NCBI GenBank assembly: GCA_944383905.1
Contig: CALWRI010000010.1
Span: forward strand, 1,589-65,588
DNA length: 64,000 bases
From: an uncultured Christensenellaceae bacterium
Lineage (GTDB): Bacteria; Bacillota; Clostridia; Christensenellales; UBA3700
Reading direction: 5' to 3'
The translations under genes and the position numbers were made by a program. A model generated the notes under the pieces. It was not told where the DNA came from. It worked only from the letters and a program-made list of their open reading frames with translations, and made no database searches. Shown in pieces: positions 32,279-42,176 of the stretch (within the stretch, counting starts at the first letter, position 1; each line of letters opens with the position of its first letter).

Positions 32279-34024
32279 TTATTTTGAATATCTCGCGAGC
32301 AACTCGCTGTTGCTGCGCGTCAGTACGCTCTTGATAGAAGTGTCCAGCGTGGACAGATAACAGAACGCGCGCGCAAACCTCTTGTACTCGTCGTTGACGG
32401 CGTCGTAAACGATCACCGTGTCGCTCGAGCTCGACGTCGTGGAATTTATCCCGGTGGAATACCATGACGCGCTCGCGGAATTGTTGTTTATGAAGAACAC
32501 GAAGCTGAAGCACTGGTCTATGCACAGATCGTGCGACAGCGGCAGACAGTACAGATTTCTCATCGCTCTGTCCGCTTCTTCTTCGGTTACGGCGATCTCC
32601 TCTCCGTCTTCGTCGTAAGAGAACTGCATCCAGTTTCCTATCTTCGGGAAGGGGCACGCGCCTTTCTCGTCCGTACTCTTTGAGTTGAGGGTATAATTGA
32701 TTATCTTCCTCGACTCCGACACGTCGAGTTTTATCTCGCGGAGCTGCCATCTTTCCATATCGCGCAGCTTCACGCAGTATTTGCAATATCTGTTGATCTC
32801 GTTCAGAAGTATCGGATTGACGTCCATAACGTCGTTGAGTATCGCGACGAACTTTTCGAGGAAGGACACGAATCTGTACGCGTCCGCTTTCGCGACTCTC
32901 TCCGAGGTGCCGCCGCCGTAATCCGCTTCAAGCCACTTGATGAAGTTTTCGGGAACGCTGTATATGTCTTCGTCATAATCGTCGTACGCTATCGAGAACG
33001 CGTTGTCGTCCGACATCAACAGATCGTCGAAAGCCTTGACGTCCTTGCCTATGACAATATGATATTTGTTGAGAAGATCTTTCTTTTTCAGGTTGTCGAA
33101 AGACCTGAAGAAATCCGAAACCTTATTGCGCAGACAGAATTCTCTCCTGATCATATTGGCGACTTCCTGTCTCGCCGCGTTATCCTTTTTGATGAAGCTC
33201 CTTATCTTCGCGCAGAAAGGCTCCCAACTCTCTTTGACGTAATCCTCCGGACAATAGTAATAGTATTTGACGCCCGACACGTTGCCGTCGGGGTCCCTTG
33301 CCGCAAGATTGCTCGAAATTATCATGCAGGAATATGTGTTGCAGTCGTAATTGTTGAGTTCGTTGGTAAGTATATGCGCTTCTTTGAGCATTGCGGGATT
33401 GACCTCGTCGCACGACTTGATGTCGTCGTTCACGCTCCTCGCTATGCACTCCTTTCCTATGCAGTATTTCATAAGATCGACGAATATCCTCGAATCCACC
33501 ATCTTCTTGTGCGAATAATTGATATTCTCCATCAGAGCGGAAAGATATTTCCTGCAAACTTCTTTGAGTATTTCGGTCGACGTTGACGGGTTGAAATATC
33601 TGATCAACGTGTCTTTTTCGATGATATGAAGAGACTTTATGCTGTCGGGAAGATCCCTGTAAGATATGTCTTCGATGGCTATCGGGTAAATCTGCAGCCT
33701 GCTGTTTGAAACCGCCGCCATGTCGGCATAGCTCTTCAACTCTTTGAGCACTTCGACTGAAGTGATGGAATTCTTCGACAATACGGGGATCATGAGACAG
33801 GTCTTGGCGATCTGCAAGTTTATTTCGTTTTCGTATTTGTCTCCGCCGTAATTCCTCTCCTGCCCGTTGCCGTAATACATACTCCAATAACAGACGTCGA
33901 GAGACTCCATTCCGTTGATTATACCGCGCACTTTGTCTATATCCGCGCTGCAAAGAGAAATGAATATCTTGTACCTTTCGAGATTGAGGCTTTTTGCCAT
34001 ACTGTCGATCGCGGTTTTGTTCAT
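32279..34024 (-). CDS. TIR-domain protein with long uncharacterised C-terminal region
   Basis: KIFISLCSAD; GDKYENEI; LMIPVLSKNSITSVEVLKEL (Glu95); IYPIAIED. Confidence 0.8.
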   Translation of the reverse strand: MNKTAIDSMAKSLNLERYKIFISLCSADIDKVRGIINGMESLDVCYWSMYYGNGQERNYGGDKYENEINLQIAKTCLMIPVLSKNSITSVEVLKELKSYADMAAVSNSRLQIYPIAIEDISYRDLPDSIKSLHIIEKDTLIRYFNPSTSTEILKEVCRKYLSALMENINYSHKKMVDSRIFVDLMKYCIGKECIARSVNDDIKSCDEVNPAMLKEAHILTNELNNYDCNTYSCMIISSNLAARDPDGNVSGVKYYYYCPEDYVKESWEPFCAKIRSFIKKDNAARQEVANMIRREFCLRNKVSDFFRSFDNLKKKDLLNKYHIVIGKDVKAFDDLLMSDDNAFSIAYDDYDEDIYSVPENFIKWLEADYGGGTSERVAKADAYRFVSFLEKFVAILNDVMDVNPILLNEINRYCKYCVKLRDMERWQLREIKLDVSESRKIINYTLNSKSTDEKGACPFPKIGNWMQFSYDEDGEEIAVTEEEADRAMRNLYCLPLSHDLCIDQCFSFVFFINNNSASASWYSTGINSTTSSSSDTVIVYDAVNDEYKRFARAFCYLSTLDTSIKSVLTRSNSELLARYSK

Positions 34025-34067
34025 GCTCCCCTCCTTTCGTTCGTTGAGTCGCTCTGCGACCGTATAA

Positions 34068-34096
34068 AGTATAACATATAAATAACGATTTTACAA
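34068..34096 (-). promoter_or_regulatory. SigA-type promoter of the TIR operon
   Basis: TTGTAA-N17-TATACT with TG extension; AAAGGAGG RBS before the ATG. Confidence 0.65.
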
Positions 34097-34189
34097 CATT
34101 TTTTTGTAAAGACTCTCGGGCAAAACAAAAGCCGCCCCTTTCGGAGCGGCTGAAATAGCCTTTTTTGTCGGTCTGCCGTCAGACGGTCG

Positions 34190-34567
34190 TCACAGCAGGT
34201 TTGAGGTTATGACGTAATTCGCAGTCGCGGTATTCGTCGCGATCGGAATGTCATAAACCACCGCAATGCGGAGAAGCGCTTTTACGTCCGGGTCGTGAGG
34301 TTGCGCGTTGAGCGGATCCCAGAAAAATACGACCGCGTCGATCTCGCCTTCGGCTATCTTCGCGCCGATCTGCTGGTCGCCGCCGAGAGGTCCCGAAAGA
34401 TACCTCTTGACCTCGAGCCCCGTCGCGTCCGCGACGAGTTTTGCCGTCGTGCCCGTTCCGCAAAGATTGAACCTCGAAAGAGATTCTTTGTTCTTCATTG
34501 CCCAACTTACCATTTCCGCTTTTTTCTGATCGTGCGCTATAAGCGCGAGCGTTCTTATCTTTTTCAT
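34190..34567 (-). CDS. mgsA: Methylglyoxal synthase
   Basis: [37 protein letters not shown]. Confidence 0.97.
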   Translation of the reverse strand: MKKIRTLALIAHDQKKAEMVSWAMKNKESLSRFNLCGTGTTAKLVADATGLEVKRYLSGPLGGDQQIGAKIAEGEIDAVVFFWDPLNAQPHDPDVKALLRIAVVYDIPIATNTATANYVITSNLL

Positions 34568-34708
34568 CTCATACTTCCTTGTTCTTTTGTCTTTTTCTTC
34601 TTCATCCGGCTTTATTATAACGCAAAAGCGACGGCAAGGTAAAGCGTTTGAGACAAGGTCGTCGATTTGTTTTGCGGTTATACAAATTTTTCCTGCCCGT
34701 GTAGGTTA

Positions 34709-36178
34709 TCAATCTGTATATACTTTAATACACCACGGCGTCGGGAGATCGGGCAGCCTGTCGAGAGTCAGATGCAGCCCCTTTTCGTCGTGCACGAAGC
34801 CGACCTTTGCGTCGCTGCCGAGCAGCTCGGCTTTGCTCACGGTATAACGTATCCCCTTTTCTCCCGAAAACGCAAGTTTTTTCACCGTGAATTTTCTGCG
34901 CGGCTTTTTGCCCATCGGAAAAACGTAAATCGCGCCCGTTCTGAAAGTAAATCTGAAATCCCCTGCGCCGAAACTCGTCTTTTCGATAAAAGAACCGCTG
35001 CGCTTTTTTCTTCCTTCTCCAAAGCCGTTCTCAAACGGCGACGACCCGTAGATCGCCTCTCCGTTTATTTTCATCCACTCGCCCGTAGTTTTCAGTATCT
35101 CCTTTTCCTTGTCGCATATCGTGCCGTCCGCCTTCGGACCGACGTTGAGCATGAAGCATCCGTTTTTGGAAACGACGTCGACGAGATTGCGCAGTATCTC
35201 CCCCGCCGACTTGTAAAGGTTCGTCGACGAATAACACCAGCTGTTCCTCGCGGTCGAGGTATCGCTCTGCCAGACGTCAGCCCTGATCCCGTCGACCTGT
35301 CCTCTCTCGACGTCGAACGTCGCGCAACCGTTCATCACCGCGCCGACTTTGTAAAACACGGTGACCTCTTTACCGCGCTCCGCTCCCCTGTTGTAATAAT
35401 AGGCGAGAAACTTTTTCAGATAAGGTTTGAATTCCGCTTTTTGTATCCACCAGTCGAAATACACGGCGGAAGGGGCAAGCCTGTCCGTCATTTCGCACGC
35501 GGAGGCAAGCCAGTCGCAGAGCCATTCCTCGTCCGCGAATATCTCCTTGTCCGTCTTGCGCGCGTGTCCGCTCGGCGGGCAATACGCGGGTCCGTAAAGG
35601 TCGCGGTATTCCTCTTTCGTCACCACTTCGCTTTGAGGAAAATTAAGTCTCGCGAAATTCATAAACCAGAAATGCTCGGCGCGGTGATTGGAAGCGAGAA
35701 ATTCGAGTCCGCGCTTTTCGACGGCGCTTTTGAGCTCCGCCGCGTAATCCCTGCCTTTGAGCGCGTACATATTCCAGCGGTTGAGGGCACTTTCGTACAT
35801 CTTTATGCCGTCGTGATGCTCGCATACGGGCATTACGAACTTCGCGCCCGCGTCCGAAAAAATCCGCGCCCATTCTTCCGCGTCGAAGGCGACGGGGTCG
35901 AACATATCTATGAATTGCCTGTACTCGAAATCGCTGCCGTACTTTTTGACGTGATAATAATGCACCGGATCGAGCTTGTCGTACATCCTCCTCGGATACC
36001 ACTCGTTTCCGAAAGCGGGAACGGAATACACTCCCCAATGTATGAATATCCCGAAGCGGCCGTGCCTGTACCATTCGGGCGTCTTATGCGCGGAAAGACT
36101 TTGCCAATTGTCCTTGAACGGACCTTTTTCTATGACCTCGTCTATTTTTTGCAGATATTCCGTTATCTTTGCGTCCAT
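34709..36178 (-). CDS. Alpha-L-fucosidase, GH29
   Basis: FGIFIHWGVYSVPA, EHHDG, YFDWW, VSKNGCFMLNVGPKADG, NGEAIYG. Confidence 0.9.
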   Translation of the reverse strand: MDAKITEYLQKIDEVIEKGPFKDNWQSLSAHKTPEWYRHGRFGIFIHWGVYSVPAFGNEWYPRRMYDKLDPVHYYHVKKYGSDFEYRQFIDMFDPVAFDAEEWARIFSDAGAKFVMPVCEHHDGIKMYESALNRWNMYALKGRDYAAELKSAVEKRGLEFLASNHRAEHFWFMNFARLNFPQSEVVTKEEYRDLYGPAYCPPSGHARKTDKEIFADEEWLCDWLASACEMTDRLAPSAVYFDWWIQKAEFKPYLKKFLAYYYNRGAERGKEVTVFYKVGAVMNGCATFDVERGQVDGIRADVWQSDTSTARNSWCYSSTNLYKSAGEILRNLVDVVSKNGCFMLNVGPKADGTICDKEKEILKTTGEWMKINGEAIYGSSPFENGFGEGRKKRSGSFIEKTSFGAGDFRFTFRTGAIYVFPMGKKPRRKFTVKKLAFSGEKGIRYTVSKAELLGSDAKVGFVHDEKGLHLTLDRLPDLPTPWCIKVYTD

Positions 36179-36193
36179 TTCCACCTCCCGACG

Positions 36194-36709
36194 TTACAGA
36201 ACGCCGTTCTCTTTCAGCCAGGCGCGCAACCCTCCGTCGCAGTCCGCCGCGTTGCCGCCCTTTACCGAAAGTCCTTCCCCGACGACCGCGTCTTTGCAGC
36301 ATTTGGCAATGTCGCTCACGCTGCGCGCGAGCCCGCTGCCCTCGTTGGTACAGAGAGGAAGAATCTTCTTGCCCGAAAAATCTCCCCCCTCAAGGAAGGT
36401 GAACACGGGCGCGGGCATGGTCCCGCACCAATTCGGATATCCGAGTATTATTACGTCATAAGGAGAAACGTCCGTCGTTTCGGCGAGCTTCGGACGCGCG
36501 GAGGAGACGAACTCATCTCTCGCCTCGTTCACGCAGTCGCGATAGCCGTGCGGATAGGGCTTTTCTCTCCTGATCTCAAAGAGATCGCAACCCGTCATCT
36601 CTTCTATTTTCTTTGCGACGATCGCGGTGTTGCCCACCTCGACGTCAACTATCTTGCCCGAAAAATAGTTTTCGCCGTTGTGAGAAAAATAAGCCGTAAG
36701 AACTTTCAT
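36194..36709 (-). CDS. Flavodoxin
   Basis: AYFSHNGEN..GNT, LGYPNWCG, CTNEGSG. Confidence 0.9.
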   Translation of the reverse strand: MKVLTAYFSHNGENYFSGKIVDVEVGNTAIVAKKIEEMTGCDLFEIRREKPYPHGYRDCVNEARDEFVSSARPKLAETTDVSPYDVIILGYPNWCGTMPAPVFTFLEGGDFSGKKILPLCTNEGSGLARSVSDIAKCCKDAVVGEGLSVKGGNAADCDGGLRAWLKENGVL

Positions 36710-36759
36710 ATAAACCTCCTTTAACGAAATATGCCGCGAAATGCGGCATATAGATCTTT

Positions 36760-37326
36760 TCATTTATTCTTTTTCATCGCAGCGCGAATCTTGCGCTTTA
36801 TCTTCTGAAGGGTGTTGTCGACGAACTTTTCGCTCTTTCCCGTCTGCAAAGCTATGTCGCGGTAACTCCTGCCGTCGAGATAAAGCCGCAATACCGTCGT
36901 CTCTTCCGAAGTCAGATTTTCTGCAATGTTTTTCTTGACCTGTATCGAGTTTTCACGCATTATCGCCGCGTCTTCGGCAGACGTAGCGCTCATCGTGTAG
37001 TCCACGTCGTAAATCGAAACGTAATTGTTGAGCGCCTTGTGTTTGTCCCTGTTCGCCGCCTTTACGACGTCTATTATCCTGTTTTTGACGCAGCTGTACG
37101 CAAACGCGGAAAACGGCACTCCCGACTCCTCGTCGAAGGCGTCGACCGCCCTGTAAAGCGCTATCATTCCTTCCTGTATCAGATCTTCGTCGCCCGCGCC
37201 CACGAGAAAATATTGTCTCGCGACGGAGATCACGAGGCTCTTGTACCTCGTAAGAAGCTCCTCGGTCGCCTTTATGCTCCCTTCTCTGCTTTCCTTTATC
37301 AGAGCGACGTCGTCCTGAAGTTTCAC
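36760..37326 (-). CDS. sigH: RNA polymerase sigma-H-like factor
   Basis: YFLVGAGDEDLIQEGMIAL, ANRDKHKALN, SYRDIA..VDNTLQKIKRK; downstream of rlmB; GTG start. Confidence 0.88.
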   Translation of the reverse strand: MKLQDDVALIKESREGSIKATEELLTRYKSLVISVARQYFLVGAGDEDLIQEGMIALYRAVDAFDEESGVPFSAFAYSCVKNRIIDVVKAANRDKHKALNNYVSIYDVDYTMSATSAEDAAIMRENSIQVKKNIAENLTSEETTVLRLYLDGRSYRDIALQTGKSEKFVDNTLQKIKRKIRAAMKKNK

Positions 37327-38045
37327 TTGCCGTACCTCTGTCTGACCGCTTCGTAACATATTATACCGCAGGCAACCGAAGCGTTGAGAGAATTGACCTT
37401 GCCTCTCTGCGGTATCGCGACCGACTTGTCGCACAGTCTGGAAGTCAGCTCTTTTACGCCGAACCCCTCGCTGCCGATGACTATCGCGGTATCGCCGTCG
37501 AAACGGACGTCGTAAATGCTCTCTCCGTCCATATCCGCGCAGTATACGTTGACGAATTCGTCTTTGAGTTTTCTTATCGCGTCGTTTATATTGCCCACCT
37601 TCGCCACGGCGACGTGGTTTGCCGCTCCCGCAGAAATCCTGATCACGGTCTCGTTGACGCTCGCGCTTCTCCTCGAAGGTATAACGACGCCGTGCGCGCC
37701 CGCGCATTCCGCCACTCTCAATATGCTGCCGAGATTGTGCGGATCTTCGACTCCGTCGAGAAGAACGATAAAGACCTTTTCTCCTTTTGCTCTCGCTATC
37801 CCGAGGAGGTCGCCGAGCGAGGAGTAGGCAAAATCCGCCGTCTCCGCTATAACGCCCTGATGACGCAATTCTCCCGCGAGCTTGTCGAGCAGCTTTTTGT
37901 CGCAGAACTCTATCCTCGCGCCCTTTGCGCGCGCTCCCTCGACCAGCTTGTCCAGATCGTGCGCGCCCTTGAGGACGTAAAGTCTGTTTATCTGCGTATC
38001 CGAACCGATAAGCTCTCTTACCGCGTTCTTTCCTATCGAAAGCAT
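37323..38045 (-). CDS. rlmB: 23S rRNA Gm2251 methyltransferase
   Basis: HQGVIA, DPHNLGSILR, GSEGFG, VNSLNASVA. Confidence 0.93.
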   Translation of the reverse strand: MLSIGKNAVRELIGSDTQINRLYVLKGAHDLDKLVEGARAKGARIEFCDKKLLDKLAGELRHQGVIAETADFAYSSLGDLLGIARAKGEKVFIVLLDGVEDPHNLGSILRVAECAGAHGVVIPSRRSASVNETVIRISAGAANHVAVAKVGNINDAIRKLKDEFVNVYCADMDGESIYDVRFDGDTAIVIGSEGFGVKELTSRLCDKSVAIPQRGKVNSLNASVACGIICYEAVRQRYGK

Positions 38046-38776
38046 TATTTGAGATTTCTCCTCTTTTCTCTTACCTCGAGCATCTTGCCGCAGGTCATCT
38101 TGCCCTCGGAACACGCTCCTTTCACGCAAGACGGTCCGCAATCCGCAAAAAGCGTGGGAGCGACTTCGCATACGAGCGCGAGCATCTGCCACGCCACGTC
38201 CCTGATCTCCCACTGCGCCCTGTTGCAACAACGAAGGTTGAAGAAATGCATGAGCTCCCTCGCGTTCATCGTGACCACCATTTTGGTCTCCGCCGCGTTG
38301 GGAAGCACGAAACGCGCGTCCTCGTTGGACTTCTCGCAGTCGCCTCCGAGAAGTTTCTGCCACTCGTCGTACCAGGTCTGTATCTCGTCCATCTGCGCTT
38401 TGAACTTTTGGACGTACTCGTCGCCGAGCTGCTCTATCGACTGCGGAATGACGTAGTTGAAAGCGCCCTTTTTGTTGGCGGCGACGTATCTTTGAGACTT
38501 GACGCTGAAACTCGCGATGCGGTGACGCGTGATCTGCGCGAGAAGGCTTCTCGACACGCCCTCTATGCCGAAAGTGAACGACGCGTGCTCTATCGGCGAC
38601 AAATGTCCCATCGACACGAGCCTTGCGATGAATTTGGAAACGTCGCTCTCGTCGACGCCTCCTTTGAGGTCCATAATATCCGCGTCGCTGTAACAGAGTT
38701 TCGCGGCGAGCGCGACCACCTGTTCGGGATTGGGAGTATGATTGAGAAGAACTACTTTTGGTCTGACCTGTGGCAT
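38045..38776 (-). CDS. thyX: FAD-dependent thymidylate synthase
   Basis: GHLSPIEH, RHRIASFSVKSQRY, EDARFVLP, AQWEIR. Confidence 0.95.
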   Translation of the reverse strand: MPQVRPKVVLLNHTPNPEQVVALAAKLCYSDADIMDLKGGVDESDVSKFIARLVSMGHLSPIEHASFTFGIEGVSRSLLAQITRHRIASFSVKSQRYVAANKKGAFNYVIPQSIEQLGDEYVQKFKAQMDEIQTWYDEWQKLLGGDCEKSNEDARFVLPNAAETKMVVTMNARELMHFFNLRCCNRAQWEIRDVAWQMLALVCEVAPTLFADCGPSCVKGACSEGKMTCGKMLEVREKRRNLK

Positions 38777-38815
38777 TTTTATCTCCTTGTGGCGCCGCGC
38801 GAAACGCGCGCGGCT

Positions 38816-39262
38816 TTATCTGTCTGTCTTTCTGTCGTCGGAAACCGCTTGCGCGGCGATCTCCGTGAGCTCTTTGAGCCTTTCCGTCTGTCCGCTTATG
38901 TACAGATAGCCTATGAGCGCCTCGTAGCCGCTCGCCTTTCTGTAATCGACGGAAGTCGCGTTCTTTGCGATATTGTTTGTGTGACTGTTCTTCGCCCTGC
39001 GGAACACTCCCTCTTCTTCGGGAGTCAGGAGCGGCAATATCTTCTCCGCCGCGACCGCCTGCGAATGAGCCTTTACTTCCTGCGAGACCATTTTGTGCAA
39101 CTCGCCCGCCTTGCGCCCCGATTCGAGCGCGGCGCGCGTGCGCGCGTAAAGCATCTGTACGCTGTCGCCTATATAGGCAAGCACGAGAGGGTTGAGCTCC
39201 CGCGCCTGTTTTTCGCTTACCGTACGTCCCGCAACGGGTATGTAATCCGGATTATCTGCCAT
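38816..39262 (-). CDS. mrnC: Mini-ribonuclease III
   Basis: LAYIGDSV, YRKASGYEALIGYL. Confidence 0.93.
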   Translation of the reverse strand: MADNPDYIPVAGRTVSEKQARELNPLVLAYIGDSVQMLYARTRAALESGRKAGELHKMVSQEVKAHSQAVAAEKILPLLTPEEEGVFRRAKNSHTNNIAKNATSVDYRKASGYEALIGYLYISGQTERLKELTEIAAQAVSDDRKTDR

Positions 39263-39908
39263 ACTTGCTGACGAAATAATCGAACAGCAATTCGTCGCTG
39301 TATTCGAGCTGTCCCGTTATCTTGAGCGTGCATTGTCTGATATATTCTTTACAGCTCTTTTCCATCACTCTGATTATCTCGAACGCCTCGTCCATATCCT
39401 TGCCTGCGCAGAATACGCCGTGGTTTGCCATAAAGCAGGCGTTCCTGCCCTTCATAGCCTCGACGGTGCCTTCCTTGAGCTTTTTCGTGCCGGGCAATCC
39501 GTATGCGCCCACTCTCGCGGGGCCGCCGACGAGCTTTTGCATCTCGTCGCTCATCACGGGCAGCTCTATGCGCGCGGAAGCGAGCACGGAGCACCATACC
39601 GGGTGCGAGTGTATCGTCGCGTTGATTTCTGGTCTTGCCGCCATGATCGCCGCGTGTATCTTTCTTTCGCTTGTAGGCTTTTTGCCGTCCGTCCATACCG
39701 AAGTATCGCTGATCTGAACGACGGGCATATCTTCGGGCTGCAACGCCACATAGTCGAGTCCGGTAGGAGTGACGAGCATATGGTCTTCGTCAAGTCTGAC
39801 CGCGGTGTTGCCCCAGGTGCCCTGAACGAGATTTTCTTTGAGCAGATTTACTCCGCTGTCCTTGATGACCTTGCGCAGTCTGATTTCTTCTTCTTTGGTC
39901 CAAGCCAT
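39252..39908 (-). CDS. Class II aldolase (FucA/AraD-like)
   Basis: TWGN, TPTG, PTSERKIH, IHSH, ANHG. Confidence 0.9.
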   Translation of the reverse strand: MAWTKEEEIRLRKVIKDSGVNLLKENLVQGTWGNTAVRLDEDHMLVTPTGLDYVALQPEDMPVVQISDTSVWTDGKKPTSERKIHAAIMAARPEINATIHSHPVWCSVLASARIELPVMSDEMQKLVGGPARVGAYGLPGTKKLKEGTVEAMKGRNACFMANHGVFCAGKDMDEAFEIIRVMEKSCKEYIRQCTLKITGQLEYSDELLFDYFVSKYGR

Positions 39909-39909
39909 C

Positions 39910-40539
39910 TTATTCGCCCTCCCTTTTGGAAATGTTTTCCTGATTTACCTTGCTGTATTTCTTTTGGTAAATGATGTTCATGAGCTTTGCTTCTATGCAG
40001 TTTATCAACTTGTTTCCGCCGATTACGCTGCCGCAGACGTAAGCGTGGCTCGCCTTGTCGAGCACGAGCGCACAGGTGTACGCTTCGTCCATCGTTCTGC
40101 CCACGGTCAACGCTCCCCCGTCGGGTACGAGCACCGAGTTTCTCCTCTTGAGCCCGTTGACGAGATCTTCGGTCGTCGCGCTCTTGCAGGTCTTGCAATT
40201 GAGTCCGACTATCTGCGTCATATCGTCGAGCACCGCGGGGATCGTCGCTTTTGCTCTCGCCACGGCGCATACGAACGGCGCATGGGTATAAAGCACTGCA
40301 TGGATCTCCGGACGCTTCTGGAACATTCTTGCGATGAGCGCGTACTCTCTGTCCTGCGTGTCGAGAGACAGCTCGACGAGATCGTCCCCTTTGAGCCCCT
40401 CAAGAGAAGAATTTGCTTCGTTTACGCAAAAGCCGTCCTTCGTGCGCATTGCTATGCGGTCGCCTTTGCCGTTCATGCCTTCTGCAACTATCTTCGCCGC
40501 ATAGTCGGCAATCGTTTGTTTAATCCTGTTGTCAATCAT
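39910..40539 (-). CDS. Class II aldolase-like protein with degenerate metal site
   Basis: RPEIHAVLYTH, IPAVLDDMTQIVG, VGRTMDEA; lacks HxH and NHG. Confidence 0.75.
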   Translation of the reverse strand: MIDNRIKQTIADYAAKIVAEGMNGKGDRIAMRTKDGFCVNEANSSLEGLKGDDLVELSLDTQDREYALIARMFQKRPEIHAVLYTHAPFVCAVARAKATIPAVLDDMTQIVGLNCKTCKSATTEDLVNGLKRRNSVLVPDGGALTVGRTMDEAYTCALVLDKASHAYVCGSVIGGNKLINCIEAKLMNIIYQKKYSKVNQENISKREGE

Positions 40540-42073
40540 TGTCGTTTCCTCCGAATCTCAATGCGTTTGCCTTGTAATAAGTCTTTTTGAGGCTCTTGTA
40601 AAGTCTCTTGTATGTCGCGAACATTTCGTCGTAAATGTGCGCGTTTACGGGATTGGGACGGTAGGTCTTGCTCTCCTTTACAAACATCTTCGCCGCCTCG
40701 AAATTCTCGAGCTCGCCGAGACCTATCAGAGCTATTATCGCCGCGCCCAGAGCGCCCGCGTTGCGCGGATTGTCCACGATCGCGAATTCCGCGCCCGTAA
40801 TATCGGCGATGATCTGCATCCACGCGTTGTCCAGCGCTCCGCCGCCGATTATGCGGAACTGTCTGCAATGGAAGCCGTAATCCTTTTCAAAGTTTTCGAG
40901 TATCCACCTGAGGTTGTAACCTATGCCCTCGTAGACCGCTCTCATGAGATGTTCTCTCGTATGTTCGGGTCCGATATTGAACAACGTCGCACGCGTCGTG
41001 GTCGTGCTCACGGGGCACCTTTCACCGAGCATCCACGGCGTGCAGATCAGATGGTTGCTGCCCGCGGGAATAGTCTCTATCACCTTGTCCATATATGCGT
41101 ATATCCCGTCGCCGAGCTCCTTTTGTTCGGTGCGGAAAAACTGCTCGATGAGCCATTGGATATTGCTGCCCGCCGCCTCCGTGATTCCGACGACGAGGTT
41201 CATGTTGACGTCCGCGCTCTGTATCGCCGCGGCGCCGTGCCTGAACGCAGTCTGATCTTTGCTTGCCGCGCCTACCCATGCAGAGGTGCCGAGGTAGATG
41301 TGGATGTCGCCGTCACCGTTCATTCCCGATCCGACGCACGCGCTCTGCGTGTCGTCGCAACCGCCGAACACGGGTATGCCTTCTTCAAGCCCCATCTTCT
41401 CCGCCGCTTCTTTCGTCAGTCCCGCGCCGATCTTGTCGGTGCTCTTGACGAGCGGAGGAAGCTTTGACATATCGAGTCCCGTCAATGCGAGGACGGAAAG
41501 CCACGTCTTCTTTTTGAGGTCGAGACCGTAACTCGAAGCGCCGCTGTACTCTGCGACCATTTCTCCGGTACACTTGAATTTGAGATAGCCGTTGACGTCG
41601 AGGAAATATTTGGTGCTGTTGTAAACGTCGGGACGCTCTTCCTTGAGCCATATCAGTTTTGCGATGACGTCCTTGCCCATGATCGGAGTGCCCGCAAGCA
41701 ACTTGAAGATGCGCTTGCCTCCGAATCTGTTCATTATCGAGCGCGCCTGCTTTTCGGCTCTGCCGTCTACCCAGGTGATGTTGTTGTGAAGCACGTTGCC
41801 CCATTGGTCTATCGGGATAATACCCATCGCCTGCGTGGAAAAGACTATTCCTTTGACGTCGTCGGGATCGATCTTGTGCTCTTCGACCAGCTTTTTGGTC
41901 GCGGTGCAGACCGCGTTCCAATACTCGTCGGGATTCTGCTCGACAAAACCGGGGCTGGGATAATACGTCGGATAAGGCTCCGTCTTTGTGCCGACGATAT
42001 GCCCTTCGAAATCGACGAGAACTGCTTTGTCCGAACTCGTGCCCATGTCGTGCGCGATAATGTATCTTGCCAT
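40532..42073 (-). CDS. FGGY-family sugar kinase (xylulokinase-like)
   Basis: HDMGTSSDKA, WVDGRA, YLGTSAW, LGERCP, IGGGA. Confidence 0.9.
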   Translation of the reverse strand: MARYIIAHDMGTSSDKAVLVDFEGHIVGTKTEPYPTYYPSPGFVEQNPDEYWNAVCTATKKLVEEHKIDPDDVKGIVFSTQAMGIIPIDQWGNVLHNNITWVDGRAEKQARSIMNRFGGKRIFKLLAGTPIMGKDVIAKLIWLKEERPDVYNSTKYFLDVNGYLKFKCTGEMVAEYSGASSYGLDLKKKTWLSVLALTGLDMSKLPPLVKSTDKIGAGLTKEAAEKMGLEEGIPVFGGCDDTQSACVGSGMNGDGDIHIYLGTSAWVGAASKDQTAFRHGAAAIQSADVNMNLVVGITEAAGSNIQWLIEQFFRTEQKELGDGIYAYMDKVIETIPAGSNHLICTPWMLGERCPVSTTTTRATLFNIGPEHTREHLMRAVYEGIGYNLRWILENFEKDYGFHCRQFRIIGGGALDNAWMQIIADITGAEFAIVDNPRNAGALGAAIIALIGLGELENFEAAKMFVKESKTYRPNPVNAHIYDEMFATYKRLYKSLKKTYYKANALRFGGNDND

Positions 42074-42176
42074 AAATTCCTTCTCTCCTCTTATCTGACT
42101 TCCAAAATAAAGAAACGGGTCGCGCACCTTGTCGGTGTGCAACCCGTCCGCACAGGATATTGAAATCCGTTTCTGC

